From assembly GCA_032718475.1 (NCBI GenBank), contig JAUCBJ010001096.1, positions 35,871 through 99,870 of the forward strand: 64,000 bases of DNA, given 5' to 3'. Numbering within the stretch: position 1 is the first letter of the stretch; every line of letters begins with the position of its first letter. Shown piece by piece: positions 1 through 13,354 of the stretch. A program made the translations under genes and the position numbers. The notes beneath the pieces are model-generated. The model did not search any database and was not told the origin of the DNA. It worked only from the letters and a program-made list of their open reading frames with translations. This DNA comes from Nemertoderma westbladi (lineage: Eukaryota; Animalia; Xenacoelomorpha).

Positions 1-3000
1 ATAACTATTTTTCACTTTCACAGTTGTATGGCTATTCCGTATGCAATAACTAACTTTCACTTTCACAGTTTTATGGCTATTCCGTATGCAATAACTAACT
101 TTCACTTTCACAGTTGTATGGCTATTCCGTATGCAATAACTAACTTTCACTTTCACAGTTGTATGGCTATTCCGTATGCAATAACTAACTTTCACTTTCA
201 CAGTTGTATGGCTATTCCGTATGCAATAACTAACTTTCACTTTTACAGTAGTAAGGCTATTCCGTATGCAATAACTAACTTTCACTTTCACAGTTGTATG
301 GCTATTCCGTATGCAATAACTAACTTTCACTTTCACAGTTGTATGGCTATTCCGTATGCAATAACTAACTTTCACTTTCACAGTTGTATGGCTATTCCGT
401 ATGCAATAACTAACTTTCACTTTCACAGTTATATGGCTATTCCGTATGCAATAACTATTTTTCTCTTTCACAGTTGTAAGGCTATTCCGTATGCAATAAC
501 TAACTTTCACTTTCACAGTTGTAAGGCTATTCCGTATGCAATAACTAACTTTCACTTTCACAGTTGTATGGCTATTCCGTATGCAATAACTAACTTTCAC
601 TTTCACAGTTGTATGGGTATTCCGTATGCAATAACTATTTTTCTCTTTCACAGTTGTAAGGCTATTCCGTATGCAATAACTAACTTTCACTTTCACAGTT
701 GTATGGCTATTCCGTATGCAATAACTAACTTTCACTTTCACAGTTGTATGGCTATTCCGTATGCAATAACTAACTTTCACTTTTACAGTAGTAAGGCTAT
801 TCCGTATGCAATAACTAACTTTCACTTTCACAGTTGTATGGCTATTCCGTATGCAATAACTAACTTTCACTTTCACAGTTGTATGGCTATTCCGTATGCA
901 ATAACTAACTTTCACTTTCACAGTTGTATGGCTATTCCGTATGCAATAACTAACTTTCACTTTCACAGTTGTATGGCTATTCCGTATGCAATAACTAACT
1001 TTCACTTTCACAGTTATATGGCTATTCCGTATGCAATAACTATTTTTCTCTTTCACAGTTGTAAGGCTATTCCGTATGCAATAACTAACTTTCACTTTCA
1101 CAGTTGTATGGCTATTCCGTATGCAATAACTAACTTTCACTTTCACAGTTGTATGGCTATTCCGTATGCAATAACTAACTTTCACTTTTACAGTAGTAAG
1201 GCTATTCCGTATGCAATAACTAACTTTCACTTTCACAGTTGTATGGCTATTCCGTATGCAATAACTAACTTTCACTTTCACAGTTGTATGGCTATTCCGT
1301 ATGCAATAACTAACTTTCACTTTCACAGTTGTATGGCTATTCCGTATGCAATAACTAACTTTCACTTTCACAGTTGTATGGCTATTCCGTATGCAATAAC
1401 TAACTTTCACTTTCACAGTTGTATGGCTATTCCGTATGCAATAACTAACTTTCACTTTCACAGTTGTATGGCTATTCCGTATGCAATAACTAACTTTCAC
1501 TTTCACAGTTATATGGCTATTCCGTATGCAATAACTATTTTTCTCTTTCACAGTTGTAAGGCTATTCCGTATGCAATAACTAACTTTTACTTTCACAGTT
1601 GTATGGCTATTCCGTATGCAATAACTAACTTTCACTTTCACAGTTATATGGCTATTCCGTATGCAATAACTAACTTTCACTTTCAGAGTTGTATGTATGG
1701 CTATTCCGTATGCAATAACTAACTTTCACTTTCACAGTTGTATGGCTATTCCGTATGCAATAACTAACTTTCACTTTCACAGTTGTAAGGCTATTCCGTA
1801 TGCAATAACTAACTTTCACTTTCACAGTTGTATGGCTATTCCGTATGCAATAACTATTTTTCTCTTTCACAGTTGTATGGCTATTCCGTATGCAATAACT
1901 ATTTTTATCTTTCACAGTTGTATGGCTATTCCGTATGCAATAACTAACTTTCACTTTCACAGTTGTATGGCTATTCCGTATGCAATAACTAACTTTCACT
2001 TTCAGAGTTGTATGTATGGCTATTCCGTATGCAATAACTAACTTTCACTTTCACAGTTGTATGGCTATTCCGTATGCTATAACTAACTTTCACTTTCAGA
2101 GTTGTATGTATGGCTATTCCGTATGCAATAACTAACTTTCACTTTCAGAGTTGTATGTATGGCTATTCCGTATGCAATAACTAACTTTCACTTTCACAGT
2201 TGTATGGCTATTCCGTATGCAATAACTAACTTTCACTTTCACAGTTGTATGGCTATTCCGTATGCAATAACTAACTTTCACTTTCAGAGTTGTATGTATG
2301 GCTATTCCGTATGCAATAACTAACTTTCACTTTCACAGTTGTATGGCTATTCCGTATGCAATAACTAACTTTCACTTTCAGAGTTGTATGTATGGCTATT
2401 CCGTATGCAATAACTAACTTTCACTTTCAGAGTTGTATGTATGGCTATTCCGTATGCAATAACTAACTTTCACTTTCACAGTTGTATGGCTATTCCGTAT
2501 GCAATAACTAACTTTCACTTTCACAGTTGTATGGCTATTCCGTATGCAATAACTAACTTTCACTTTCACAGTTGTATGGCTATTCCGTATGCAATAACTA
2601 ACTTTCACTTTCACAGTTGTATGGCTATTCCGTATGCAATAACTAACTTTCACTTTCACAGTTGTATGGCTATTCCGTATGCAATAACTAACTTTCACTT
2701 TCACAGTTGTATGTATGGCTATTCCGTATGCAATAACTAACTTTCACTTTCACAGTTGTATGTATGGCTATTCCGTATGCAATAACTAACTTTCTCTTTC
2801 ACAGTTGTATGGCTATTCCGTATGCAATAACTAACTTTCACTTTCACAGTTGTATGGCTATTCCGTATGCAATAACTAACTTTCACTTTCACAGTTGTAT
2901 GGCTATTCCGTATGCAATAACTAACTTTCACTTTCACAGTTGTATGGCTATTCCGTATGCAATAACTAACTTTCACTTTCACAGTTATATGGCTATTCCG

Positions 3001-6000
3001 TATGCAATAACTAACTTTCACTTTCACAGTTGTATGGCTATTCCGTATGCAATAACTAACTTTCACTTTCACAGTTGTATGGCTATTCCGTATGCAATAA
3101 CTAACTTTCACTTTCACAGTTGTATGGCTATTCCGTATGCAATAACTAACTTTCACTTTCACAGTTATATGGCTATTCCGTATGCAATAACTAACTTTCA
3201 CTTTCACAGTTGTATGGCTATTCCGTATGCAATAACTAACTTTCACTTTCACAGTTGTATGGCTATTCCGTATGCAATAACTAACTTTCACTTTCACAGT
3301 TGTATGGCTATTCCGTATGCAATAACTAACTTTCACTTTCACAGTTATATGGCTATTCCGTATGCAATAACTAACTTTCACTTTCACAGTTGTATGGCTA
3401 TTCCGTATGCAATAACTAACTTTCACTTTCACAGTTGTATGGCTATTCCGTATGCAATAACTAACTTTCACTTTCACAGTTGTATGGCTATTCCGTATGC
3501 AATAACTAACTTTCACTTTCACAGTTGTATGGCTATTCCGTATGCAATAACTAACTTTCACTTTCACAGTTGTATGGCTATTCCGTATGCAATAACTAAC
3601 TTTCACTTTCACAGTTGTATGGCTATTCCGTATGCAATAACTAACTTTCACTTTCACAGTTGTATGGCTATTCCGTATGCAATAACTAACTTTCACTTTC
3701 ACAGTTGTATGGCTATTCCGTATGCAATAACTAACTTTCACTTTCACAGTTGTATGGCTATTCCGTATGCAATAACTAACTTTCACTTTCACAGTTGTAT
3801 GGCTATTCCGTATGCAATAACTAACTTTCACTTTCACAGTTGTATGGCTATTCCGTATGCAATAACTAACTTTCACTTTCACAGTTGTATGGCTATTCCG
3901 TATGCAATAACTAACTTTCACTTTCACAGTTGTATGGCTATTCCGTATGCAATAACTAACTTTCACTTTCACAGTTGTATGGCTATTCCGTATGCAATAA
4001 CTAACTTTCACTTTCACAGTTGATATGGCTATTCCGTATGCAATAACTAACTTTCACTTTCACAGTTGTATGGCTATTCCGTATGCAATAACTAACTTTC
4101 ACTTTCACAGTTGTATGGCTATTCCGTATGCAATAACTAACTTTCACTTTCACAGTTATATGGCTATTCCGTATGCAATAACTAACTTTCACTTTCACAG
4201 TTGTATGGCTATTCCGTATGCAATAACTAACTTTCACTTTCACAGTTATATGGCTATTCCGTATGCAATAACTAACTTTCACTTTCACAGTTGTATGGCT
4301 ATTCCGTATGCAATAACTAACTTTCACTTTCACAGTTATATGGCTATTCCGTATGCAATAACTAACTTTCACTTTCACAGTTATATGGCTATTCCGTATG
4401 CAATAACTAACTTTCACTTTCACAGTTGTATGGCTATTCCGTATGCAATAACTAACTTTCACTTTCACAGTTATATGGCTATTCCGTATGCAATAACTAA
4501 CTTTCACTTTCACAGTTGTATGGCTATTCCGTATGCAATAACTAACTTTCACTTTCACAGTTATATGGCTATTCCGTATGCAATAACTAACTTTCACTTT
4601 CACAGTTGTATGGCTATTCCGTATGCAATAACTATCTTTCTCTTTCACAGTTGTATGGCTATTCCGTATGCAATAACTAACTTTCACTTTCACAGTTATA
4701 TGGCTATTCCGTATGCAATAACTAACTTTCACTTTCACAGTTGTATGGCTATTCCGTATGCAATAACTAACTTTCACTTTCACAGTTGATATGGCTATTC
4801 CGTATGCAATAACTAACTTTCACTTTCACAGTTGTATGGCTATTCCGTATGCAATAACTAACTTTCACTTTCACAGTTGTATGGCTATTCCGTATGCAAT
4901 AACTAACTTTCACTTTCACAGTTGTATGGCTATTCCGTATGCAATAACTATTTTTCTCTTTCACAGTTGTATGGCTATTCCGTATGCAATAACTAACTTT
5001 CACTTTCACAGTTGTATGGCTATTCCGTATGCAATAACTAACTTTCACTTTCACAGTTGTATGGCTATTCCGTATGCAATAACTAACTTTCACTTTCACA
5101 GTTGTATGGCTATTCCGTATGCAATAACTAACTTTCACTTTCACAGTTGTATGGCTATTCCGTATGCAATAACTAACTTTCACTTTCACAGTTGTATGGC
5201 TATTCCGTATGCAATAACTAACTTTCACTTTCACAGTTGTATGGCTATTCCGTATGCAATAACTATCTTTCTCTTTCACAGTTGTAAGGCTATTCCGTAT
5301 GCAATAACTAACTTTCACTTTCACAGTTGTATGGCTATTCCGTATGCAATAACTAACTTTCACTTTCACAGTTGTATGGCTATTCCGTATGCAATAACTA
5401 ACTTTCACTTTCACAGTTGTATGGCTATTCCGTATGCAATAACTAACTTTCACTTTCACAGTTGTATGGCTATTCCGTATGCAATAACTAACTTTCACTT
5501 TCACAGTTGTATGGCTATTCCGTATGCAATAACTAACTTTCACTTTCACAGTTGTATGGCTATTCCGTATGCAATAACTAACTTTCACTTTCACAGTTGT
5601 ATGGCTATTCCGTATGCAATAACTAACTTTCACTTTCACAGTTGTATGGCTATTCCGTATGCAATAACTAACTTTCTCTTTCACAGTTGTATGGCTATTC
5701 CGTATGCAATAACTAACTTTCACTTTCACAGTTGTATGGCTATTCCGTATGCAATAACTAACTTTCACTTTCACAGTTGTATGGCTATTCCGTATGCAAT
5801 AACTAACTTTCACTTTCACAGTTGTATGGCTATTCCGTATGCAATAACTAACTTTCACTTTCACAGTTGTATGGCTATTCCGTATGCAATAACTAACTTT
5901 CACTTTCACAGTTGTATGGCTATTCCGTATGCAATAACTAACTTTCACTTTCACAGTTGTATGGCTATTCCGTATGCAATAACTAACTTTCACTTTCACA

Positions 6001-7598
6001 GTTGTATGGCTATTCCGTATGCAATAACTAACTTTCACTTTCACAGTTGTATGGCTATTCCGTATGCAATAACTAACTTTCTCTTTCACAGTTGTATGGC
6101 TATTCCGTATGCAATAACTAACTTTCACTTTCACAGTTGTATGGCTATTCCGTATGCAATAACTAACTTTCACTTTCACAGTTGTATGGCTATTCCGTAT
6201 GCAATAACTAACTTTCACTTTCACAGTTGTATGGCTATTCCGTATGCAATAACTAACTTTCACTTTCACAGTTGTATGGCTATTCCGTATGCAATAACTA
6301 ACTTTCACTTTCACAGTTGTATGGCTATTCCGTATGCAATAACTAACTTTCACTTTCACAGTTGTATGGCTATTCCGTATGCAATAACTAACTTTCACTT
6401 TCACAGTTGTATGGCTATTCCGTATGCAATAACTAACTTTCACTTTCACAGTTGTATGGCTATTCCGTATGCAATAACTAACTTTCACTTTCACAGTTGT
6501 ATGGCTATTCCGTATGCAATAACTAACTTTCACTTTCACAGTTGTATGGCTATTCCGTATGCAATAACTAACTTTCACTTTCACAGTTGTATGGCTATTC
6601 CGTATGCAATAACTATTTTTCACTTTCACAGTTGTATGGCTATTCCGTATGCAATAACTATTTTTCTCTTTCACAGTTGTAAGGCTATTCCGTATGCAAT
6701 AACTAACTTTCACTTTCACAGTTGTATGGCTATTCCGTATGCAATAACTAACTTTCACTTTCACAGTTGTATGGCTATTCCGTATGCAATAACTAACTTT
6801 CACTTTCACAGTTGTATGGCTATTCCGTATGCAATAACTATTTTTCTCTTTCACAGTTGTATGGCTATTCCGTATGCAATAACTAACTTTCACTTTCACA
6901 GTTGTATGGCTATTCCGTATGCAATAACTAACTTTCACTTTCACAGTTGTATGGCTATTCCGTATGCAATAACTAACTTTCACTTTCACAGTTGTATGGC
7001 TATTCCGTATGCAATAACTAACTTTCACTTTCACAGTTGTATGGCTATTCCGTATGCAATAACTAACTTTCACTTTCACAGTTGTATGGCTATTCCGTAT
7101 GCAATAACTAACTTTCACTTTCACAGTTGTATGGCTATTCCGTATGCAATAACTAACTTTCACTTTCACAGTTGTATGGCTATTCCGTATGCAATAACTA
7201 ACTTTCACTTTCACAGTTGTATGGCTATTCCGTATGCAATAACTAACTTTCACTTTCACAGTTGTATGGCTATTCCGTATGCAATAACTAACTTTCACTT
7301 TCACAGTTGTATGGCTATTCCGTATGCAATAACTAACTTTCACTTTCACAGTTGTATGGCTATTCTGTATGCAATAACTAACTTTCACTTTCACAGTTGT
7401 ATGGCTATTCCGTATGCAATAACTAACTTTCACTTTCACAGTTGTATGGCTATTCCGTATGTAATAACTAACTTTCACTTTCACAGTTGTATGGCTATTC
7501 CGTATGCAATAACTAACTTTCACTTTCACAGTTGTATGGCTATTCCGTATGCAATAACTAACATTCACTTTCACAGTTGTATGGCTATTCCGTATGTA
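1..7598. repeat. 45-bp tandem satellite (about 168 monomers), consensus ATAACTAACTTTCACTTTCACAGTTGTATGGCTATTCCGTATGCA; continues beyond the window start
   Basis: Periodicity is directly visible. Monomers are near-identical, with point variants and some 46- and 49-bp variants. The long ORFs on both strands are just the 15-codon period. Confidence 0.98.
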
Positions 7599-8374
7599 AT
7601 TAGTACACTACTACGGCCTTCGTCCAGTGGATACCTTCCCCCCTGCTCTCATTGGCTGTTGGCCCACTTCACGCCTCTCACCTCTGTGGGAGTGCTTCCC
7701 CCCCCCCCCCCCCCCCGCTGCTGTCACTTTCCTCATCCCGGAGGTTTAACCTCTGACCTCCCTTTGTGTGGCCCTTCGGGTTTTGTTGTCCCCGTTTATT
7801 GGGTGTGTGATACGAGGTTAATTGGGGATTAACCTCGTATCCCCAATATTGCTTAAAGGCGCCACTTCCCAACTTTATGGGGTGGTAGGCAGAGTTGAAT
7901 CCGCTCACAGTCGGATAAACAGAGTACAAACAATACGAACTTCAGGTCATTAATTATAAATCATATTAATGATATAACGTACATCAATACGACCAATAAC
8001 GCAGTACCAGTAACTGTTCCAGAATCTATAATAATAAGTGAATTGTTGTGGGGCGAGTGACGCGGTGAATCAAATATACAATGTAAATATGGAGAGCATT
8101 ATCATATTGTCCCATTTACATTGTATATTCCAGAATCTGGCTACTTTAAGATTTTGCTGCTTGATTGCAACATGAACAATGTCTAGATAAAATATCAAGC
8201 TCGAAGCTCGCAATGTTATAATTTACCATTTCCTTATTCAGTCGTGTTTGGACTATTGATAACTTCCAGACTCTGATTCCAAGGTTCCACCTTGGTGTCA
8301 TTGTTTGGTTGCATTGAATTCACATCTCCCACATAATAAATATAATTACAATACAAACACATTTTTTTCTTTAG

Positions 8375-9001
8375 ACAAACCATATTGGATTCACAATGAC
8401 ACCACAGAGCGAACTGTTATAGGAGTTTTTGGGACGGAGGTTAATCTAACATGTACAATGGAAAGTTATCCAGCTGTTATTGAATCGAGTGTCTATTGGA
8501 TTAGTGGAGTTGACGTAAATAAGAAGCTGCCCGATGGTGATAAATATAGAACATCAGTTGTAGTGGAGAACTCTGAGTATAAAAGTACAGCTGTTTTAAG
8601 GCTAACTATATATAATGTAACGAGAGAAGATCTTAATACAACCTACTTTGGGAGGGTTGGAAATGGTATCCCTCGCAGTAATACTGAGGTTGAATGTGAC
8701 GTTAGGTTGGAACCTATAGGACCTCCACATATGCCGACTGGAGTTAAAGTAGAAGCTGTTGACTCTTCTAGTGTAAAAGTTAGTTGGACACCGGGATTCA
8801 ATGGTGGAACTAATCAATGGTTTAGAGTTGAGTACACCAACAGTAACGGTACAAGTGTTACTAAAACATCGGGAATTACATATGATTCTTACATAATCGT
8901 CCCAGACTTACCCAATGAACGTCATTATTTCGCCGTGGTGGCCTGTAATCAGTTCGGTTGTCAGGATCCAACTCCTGTAATAGAAGGTGAACCAGCATCA
9001 G
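8375..9001 (+). CDS. Internal exon encoding Ig domain + fibronectin type III domain (nephrin/sidestep-like membrane-proximal module)
   Basis: Acceptor tttttttctttAG ends at 8374 and donor G|GTAAGA starts at 9002; both are phase 1. Ig motifs: GTEVNLTCTMESYP..VYW..LRLTIYNVTRED. FN3 motifs: PPHMPTGVKV..VKVSWTPGFNGGTNQWFRVEY..YFAVVACNQFG. Confidence 0.85.
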
Positions 9002-9299
9002 GTAAGATATAATATGTTAACTTTTATACAATCTTGTGTTGAACAAAGTATATTTTTTTTTGCATAATAATAAAAAAAAAACATACATTATTTAATTTGC
9101 TTGATATTGATTGGTCTGTCAAAAATGTATTTCGTTCACCTTAAGATTATATTCAAGAGACCGGATCATGCTGAACATGGTTGCTTAAAATGCGTTACTA
9201 TCACTTTATTTTATCATGTTACTCTTATACCTATAGAATAACCTGTCTGGTCTGTTACTGAAACCGTGTCATTTGAGAGAGATTAATGTTGAACTGTAA

Positions 9300-9433
9300 C
9301 AAAACTGATACATGGTGTGAACACTTCGACAGTCCCCAGATAATGTCTGAACGTATAAAGCATAAGCTCTAAGGATGGTATACTTAAGCATGTGAATAAC
9401 TTCTGCTACCTGGGATCATGGATCCGGAAGTCT
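9300..9433 (+). mobile_element. Short RTE-clade LINE fragment
   Basis: Nucleotide similarity to 14065-14195 and 45805-45935 (…ataagctc.aa.gatggtat…ttctg.tacctgggatcatggatcc.gaagtc, encoding FCYLGSWI). Confidence 0.75.
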
Positions 9434-9528
9434 CATGGATCCGGAAGTCTCATGGATCCGGAAGTCTCATGGATCCGGAAGTCTCATGGATCCGGAAGTC
9501 TCTTGGATCCGGAAGTCTCATGGATCCG
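9417..9528. repeat. 17-bp minisatellite CATGGATCCGGAAGTCT, about 6.5 copies
   Basis: Directly visible tandem copies. Confidence 0.92.
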
Positions 9529-12500
9529 AAAGATCTCAAAGAAGCCGGTGCAGAATATGAGAAGATATTTATTCGACGAGACACCCATCCAGCGGTACGG
9601 AAAGAAAAGTCCCGGTTATTCGAATCGCTAAAAGCAGAGAAGGCAAAACCTGAAAATCAGGGAAAAGAAATACGAATCGACTGGAAACAGAGAGGCTTAC
9701 TCGTCGACGGTAAGTTTGTTGATAAGTATAACCCGCGGTTTTTATAAAAACTGAGATGGAAAACTCGATATCTGTATTGTGCTGTAATATTAATGGAATT
9801 GGAGGTAAATTTGAATCTAAAGTTTTTACTGACATTTTGTACGATTATGATATTATTGCGGTAACAGAACTTAAAACCCAGCACCAAGTAGGACTTCCTG
9901 GTTATGTATTTACTTGCAGTCAACGAATCCCAGGAGAATCACGCCGCGGTGGAACCGGTGTATTTATCCGATCAGTTCTATGGGAGGGGGTAAGTGATAT
10001 AACTGTATATAAAGACCAAGTGTGGTTTTCATTTATTTTCGATAGGGACATTAGATACGGTGCAATATATATTACACCCACTGACTCTCAATTTTTTACG
10101 CTCGATTCCTTTGCACATATTAGTGAACAGTGCCATTTATTTAACAAACTTGTCATATTTGGAGATTTTAATGCTAGGATGAATGATTTAAATTTATTTA
10201 GTGACAACTTGTTGAAACATGGTACCACCTTAACATACTCAGGAAATGTTGATAATAAGTTAAATGCAAACGGCCGTGAATTAAAACAGCTATGCCAACT
10301 ACATAATTTAAAACCTTTGAATCATGCAATTTTAACAGGCAATAGCTTCAACAGCAGCCTCACATTTAGACAGGGCACGAACTGGGTATCCCAAGTTGAT
10401 TGGGTGATCTGCTCAGCCGAGTTGTTGCAGCATTTTACATATTTAAATTTCCTACAGAATCTAGATTGCACTAATCATGCCGGTTTATCTTTTGAGTTAA
10501 AAATTAAACCCCTTGATGTGTCAAGTCTAGTAGCACGCTCATCACAATTAGGTATTTCTGTACAACCATTAATACCAAATAATAAGCCAAAACTGCACTA
10601 TAACTCGATCAACCACGAATTGTTCAAACACCGGCTTAGCAACATACCCAGGCCACAAAGCGGTGACAACATGCACTCAGTAATAACAACAACCCTAACA
10701 AATCTAGCTATACAATCGAAAACTCAAAAGAAACCACACGTCATGCCTATTAACCGCAGTACACACGAAAGGAACTCAAATAATAGATGGAAGTGGTTAG
10801 TCAATAAAGTCGACCTGAAAACTATTTGGAATGCAATAGATTGGAATGGGTCTATTTGCTATAACTCTCAACTTATCTCAAAAAAATACTCAGAAAGCCC
10901 TTCTAGTGAGCAATTCGCCGCTTATTTCAAGCAGCTGTTATCTTCTCAGGAACATGCACAATCTATCACAGATGTAATTAACAACGAAATAAAGTCAATA
11001 GAAATCTTTATTCCAATTCTAGACAGCGATATAAACCCGAACGAAGTTTCAATCTACTTAGCGAAATTTAAAGCTTCAAAATCGGCAGGAATAGATGGTC
11101 TACCTCCAGGAATCCTCAAATTATTAAGCGATGACTGGCTAATTGCAGTTACTTTATGCTTTAACGATGTTTTCTCTGGTAAGGTCCCATACCCCACAGA
11201 TTGGTCCACTTCCCTGATGTTTACGATTTTTAAGAAAGGAATTAAGTCACTACCAGTGAATTATCGGGGAATTTCGGTCGCTCCGGCCTTGTCTAAATTG
11301 TACGACTCCGTCCTTACTGAGCGTTTTAATTTATGGTCGAAACCGTCTCAATATCAGGCAGGCGCACAGAAGGGACGAGGCTGTACTGAACAGATATTGT
11401 GTGTTCGTTTGGCAATCGATATTGCCATCAAAACAAAGCGATAGTTATTCATTGCCTTCATCGACTACGAGAAGGCCTATGACAAAGTTGACAGGATAGT
11501 CTTACTCAGGAAATTGAAACAGATGGGTTGTGGCAGAAGGTTTCTTATGGCTTTATCAGTATCAATGCAGGAAACTATAAATGTAATAGGCAACACAACG
11601 TTTGAGAGTACGGGCGGTGTAGGACAGGGTAAGCCTTCCAGCTGTCCACTATTTTGTACACACATAGACCCTACAATTACAAAAATGGATCGTTTAGGAA
11701 AGGACAGTTGGCTAGATTCTCTTCATGGAACATTATTAATGGATGACACATGTGTATTGGCTACCTCCCGAGCAAAGTTAACTGATAAACTTAACATCCT
11801 TAAAGATGTATGCGATGAAATTGGAATGACTTTACATCCTAAAAAGTCGAAATTTCTGACCTCATCCACTCTCAATAGCGACAGAATCCCCATCTTGATA
11901 GGGAACATCACAATCTCAATTGTATCCTCATATGTCTATTTGGGATCTTTAATATCAATTCACCCCGTAGCGGTTCAAATTGATGACGAAATTAAGATGC
12001 GTATTGGTAACTGCCACAATTTCACTTCATTCCTCGGCAAAAACTGCGACGCTCCCTTTACCGTGAAGAAGTCAGTATGGCAGGCTGCTCTCCAATCTTC
12101 GCTATTATACGGATGCGAAACATGGTTATGTAATAACATCAAACGAATTGTTTCAGTGTTTTACAGAACGCTTAAACAACTACTCTCAGTTCGATTAACA
12201 ACACCAAATGATCTCGTCCTTATTGAAACTGGCACTGAACATGTCAAGAGTATCATTAAGAATCGGCAGTTAAAGTTCCTGAGGTCATTGTCCTCACGGC
12301 CTGGATATAAAGACAGTTATCATAACTACATTATGAACGAAGCTACATCAGTAAACTCACCAATGGGAAAATACGCCAAAGAGCTATTAGATACGGGTCA
12401 TGTCATGTCGGAACTCCAAGCTGCAAAAGATCGAACTCTTACAGCCATAATGACAAGGTGTGTGAATTATGTGGCATACAACCCAACTCAGAAACCCCAC

Positions 12501-13153
12501 GATTTATACTCTGACCCTAATGTACCCGAGTGGGAGAGAATCTCATTTTCAAGGATCAGATTGAGTTCCTATCGGCTACCAATGGAGATATTCCGATGGT
12601 CTCGGATTCCGAGAGAGAATCGTAAATGCTTATGTGGTTCTACCCAATCAGATCATCACATATTCTTTGTCTGCCCACTAACCGAAAGTATTCGCTTGGA
12701 TTTCGACTTTCCACCACCATCATCATCCCTATCCAGAGTATTTGATAACCTCGGAACCCGATCCGCATCAATGTGCCATAAAATTATTAAAGTATTAGAG
12801 CCCGCACAAGTGTAAATTAATAACAAGGAAGGGATTAAAATAACCGTAAATTAATAAGAAATCAAATAATTAAGTATACATCTCATTAAGTTTAGCCCAT
12901 TTCACGAACACGAACAAAAACGAGCGTTATGTACATATTGAATTTTTTTTTTTTTTTTTTTCGCATTTTTGCATTACGAAGCGGCGTATAATTGGACTTA
13001 ATTTTAAGTGTGTATTGGTGGAGGGTATTATTGCATTAAACGTATGTAGCCAATGTATCAATGTGTGTGTCTCTATTGGTGAAGGGTTTGAATTACATGC
13101 GAGTTTCCATCTCAAAAATTATGTCAATAAACAACTAACTAACTAACTAACTA
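9529..13153 (+). mobile_element. 5'-truncated non-LTR retrotransposon (RTEX-like): end of ORF1 plus near-intact ORF2 (APE endonuclease, RT, C-terminal Cys/His motif) and (AACT)n tail
   Basis: ORF1 tail (IFIRRD..) ends at 9747. ORF2 spans 9756-12815 in one frame with a single TAG at 11442-11444. APE motifs: CNING, AVTE, GDFNAR, NH. RT motifs: NYRGIS, FIDYEKAYD, GVGQG, LMDD. C-terminus RIRLSSYRL.ME..RW..IPRENRKCLCG..DHH...CP. AATAAA at 13126 and (AACT)5 at 13133-13152. Clade is inferred from motifs. Confidence 0.88.
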
Positions 13154-13349
13154 CAGGCTATCCAACATTTATCCAATTTTTGCACAGGCTATCCAACAGT
13201 TAATCCAATTTTTGCACTGGCTATCCAACAGTTATCCAATCTGTGCACTGGCTATCCAACAGTTATCCAATCTGTGCACAGGCTATCCAACAGTTATCCA
13301 ATTTTTGTACAGGCTATCCAACAATTATCGAATATGAATTTAAAATGGC
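13153..13349 (+). repeat. 31-bp minisatellite CAGGCTATCCAACAGTTATCCAATTTTTGCA (left arm of an inverted pair)
   Basis: About 5.5 tandem copies plus an inner flank; reverse complement of 15061-15437. Confidence 0.9.
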
Positions 13350-13354
13350 GAAAA

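Noticed and set aside
1-7598. CRISPR array
   Set aside because: There are no unique spacers and no cas genes, and the context is eukaryotic.
28-7832. Long ORFs on both strands (MAIPYAITNFHFHSC)n and (VKVKVSYCIRNSHTT)n
   Set aside because: They follow from a 45-bp stop-free period. The frames are broken by +1 and +4 monomers, and there is no sign of synonymous-biased variation.
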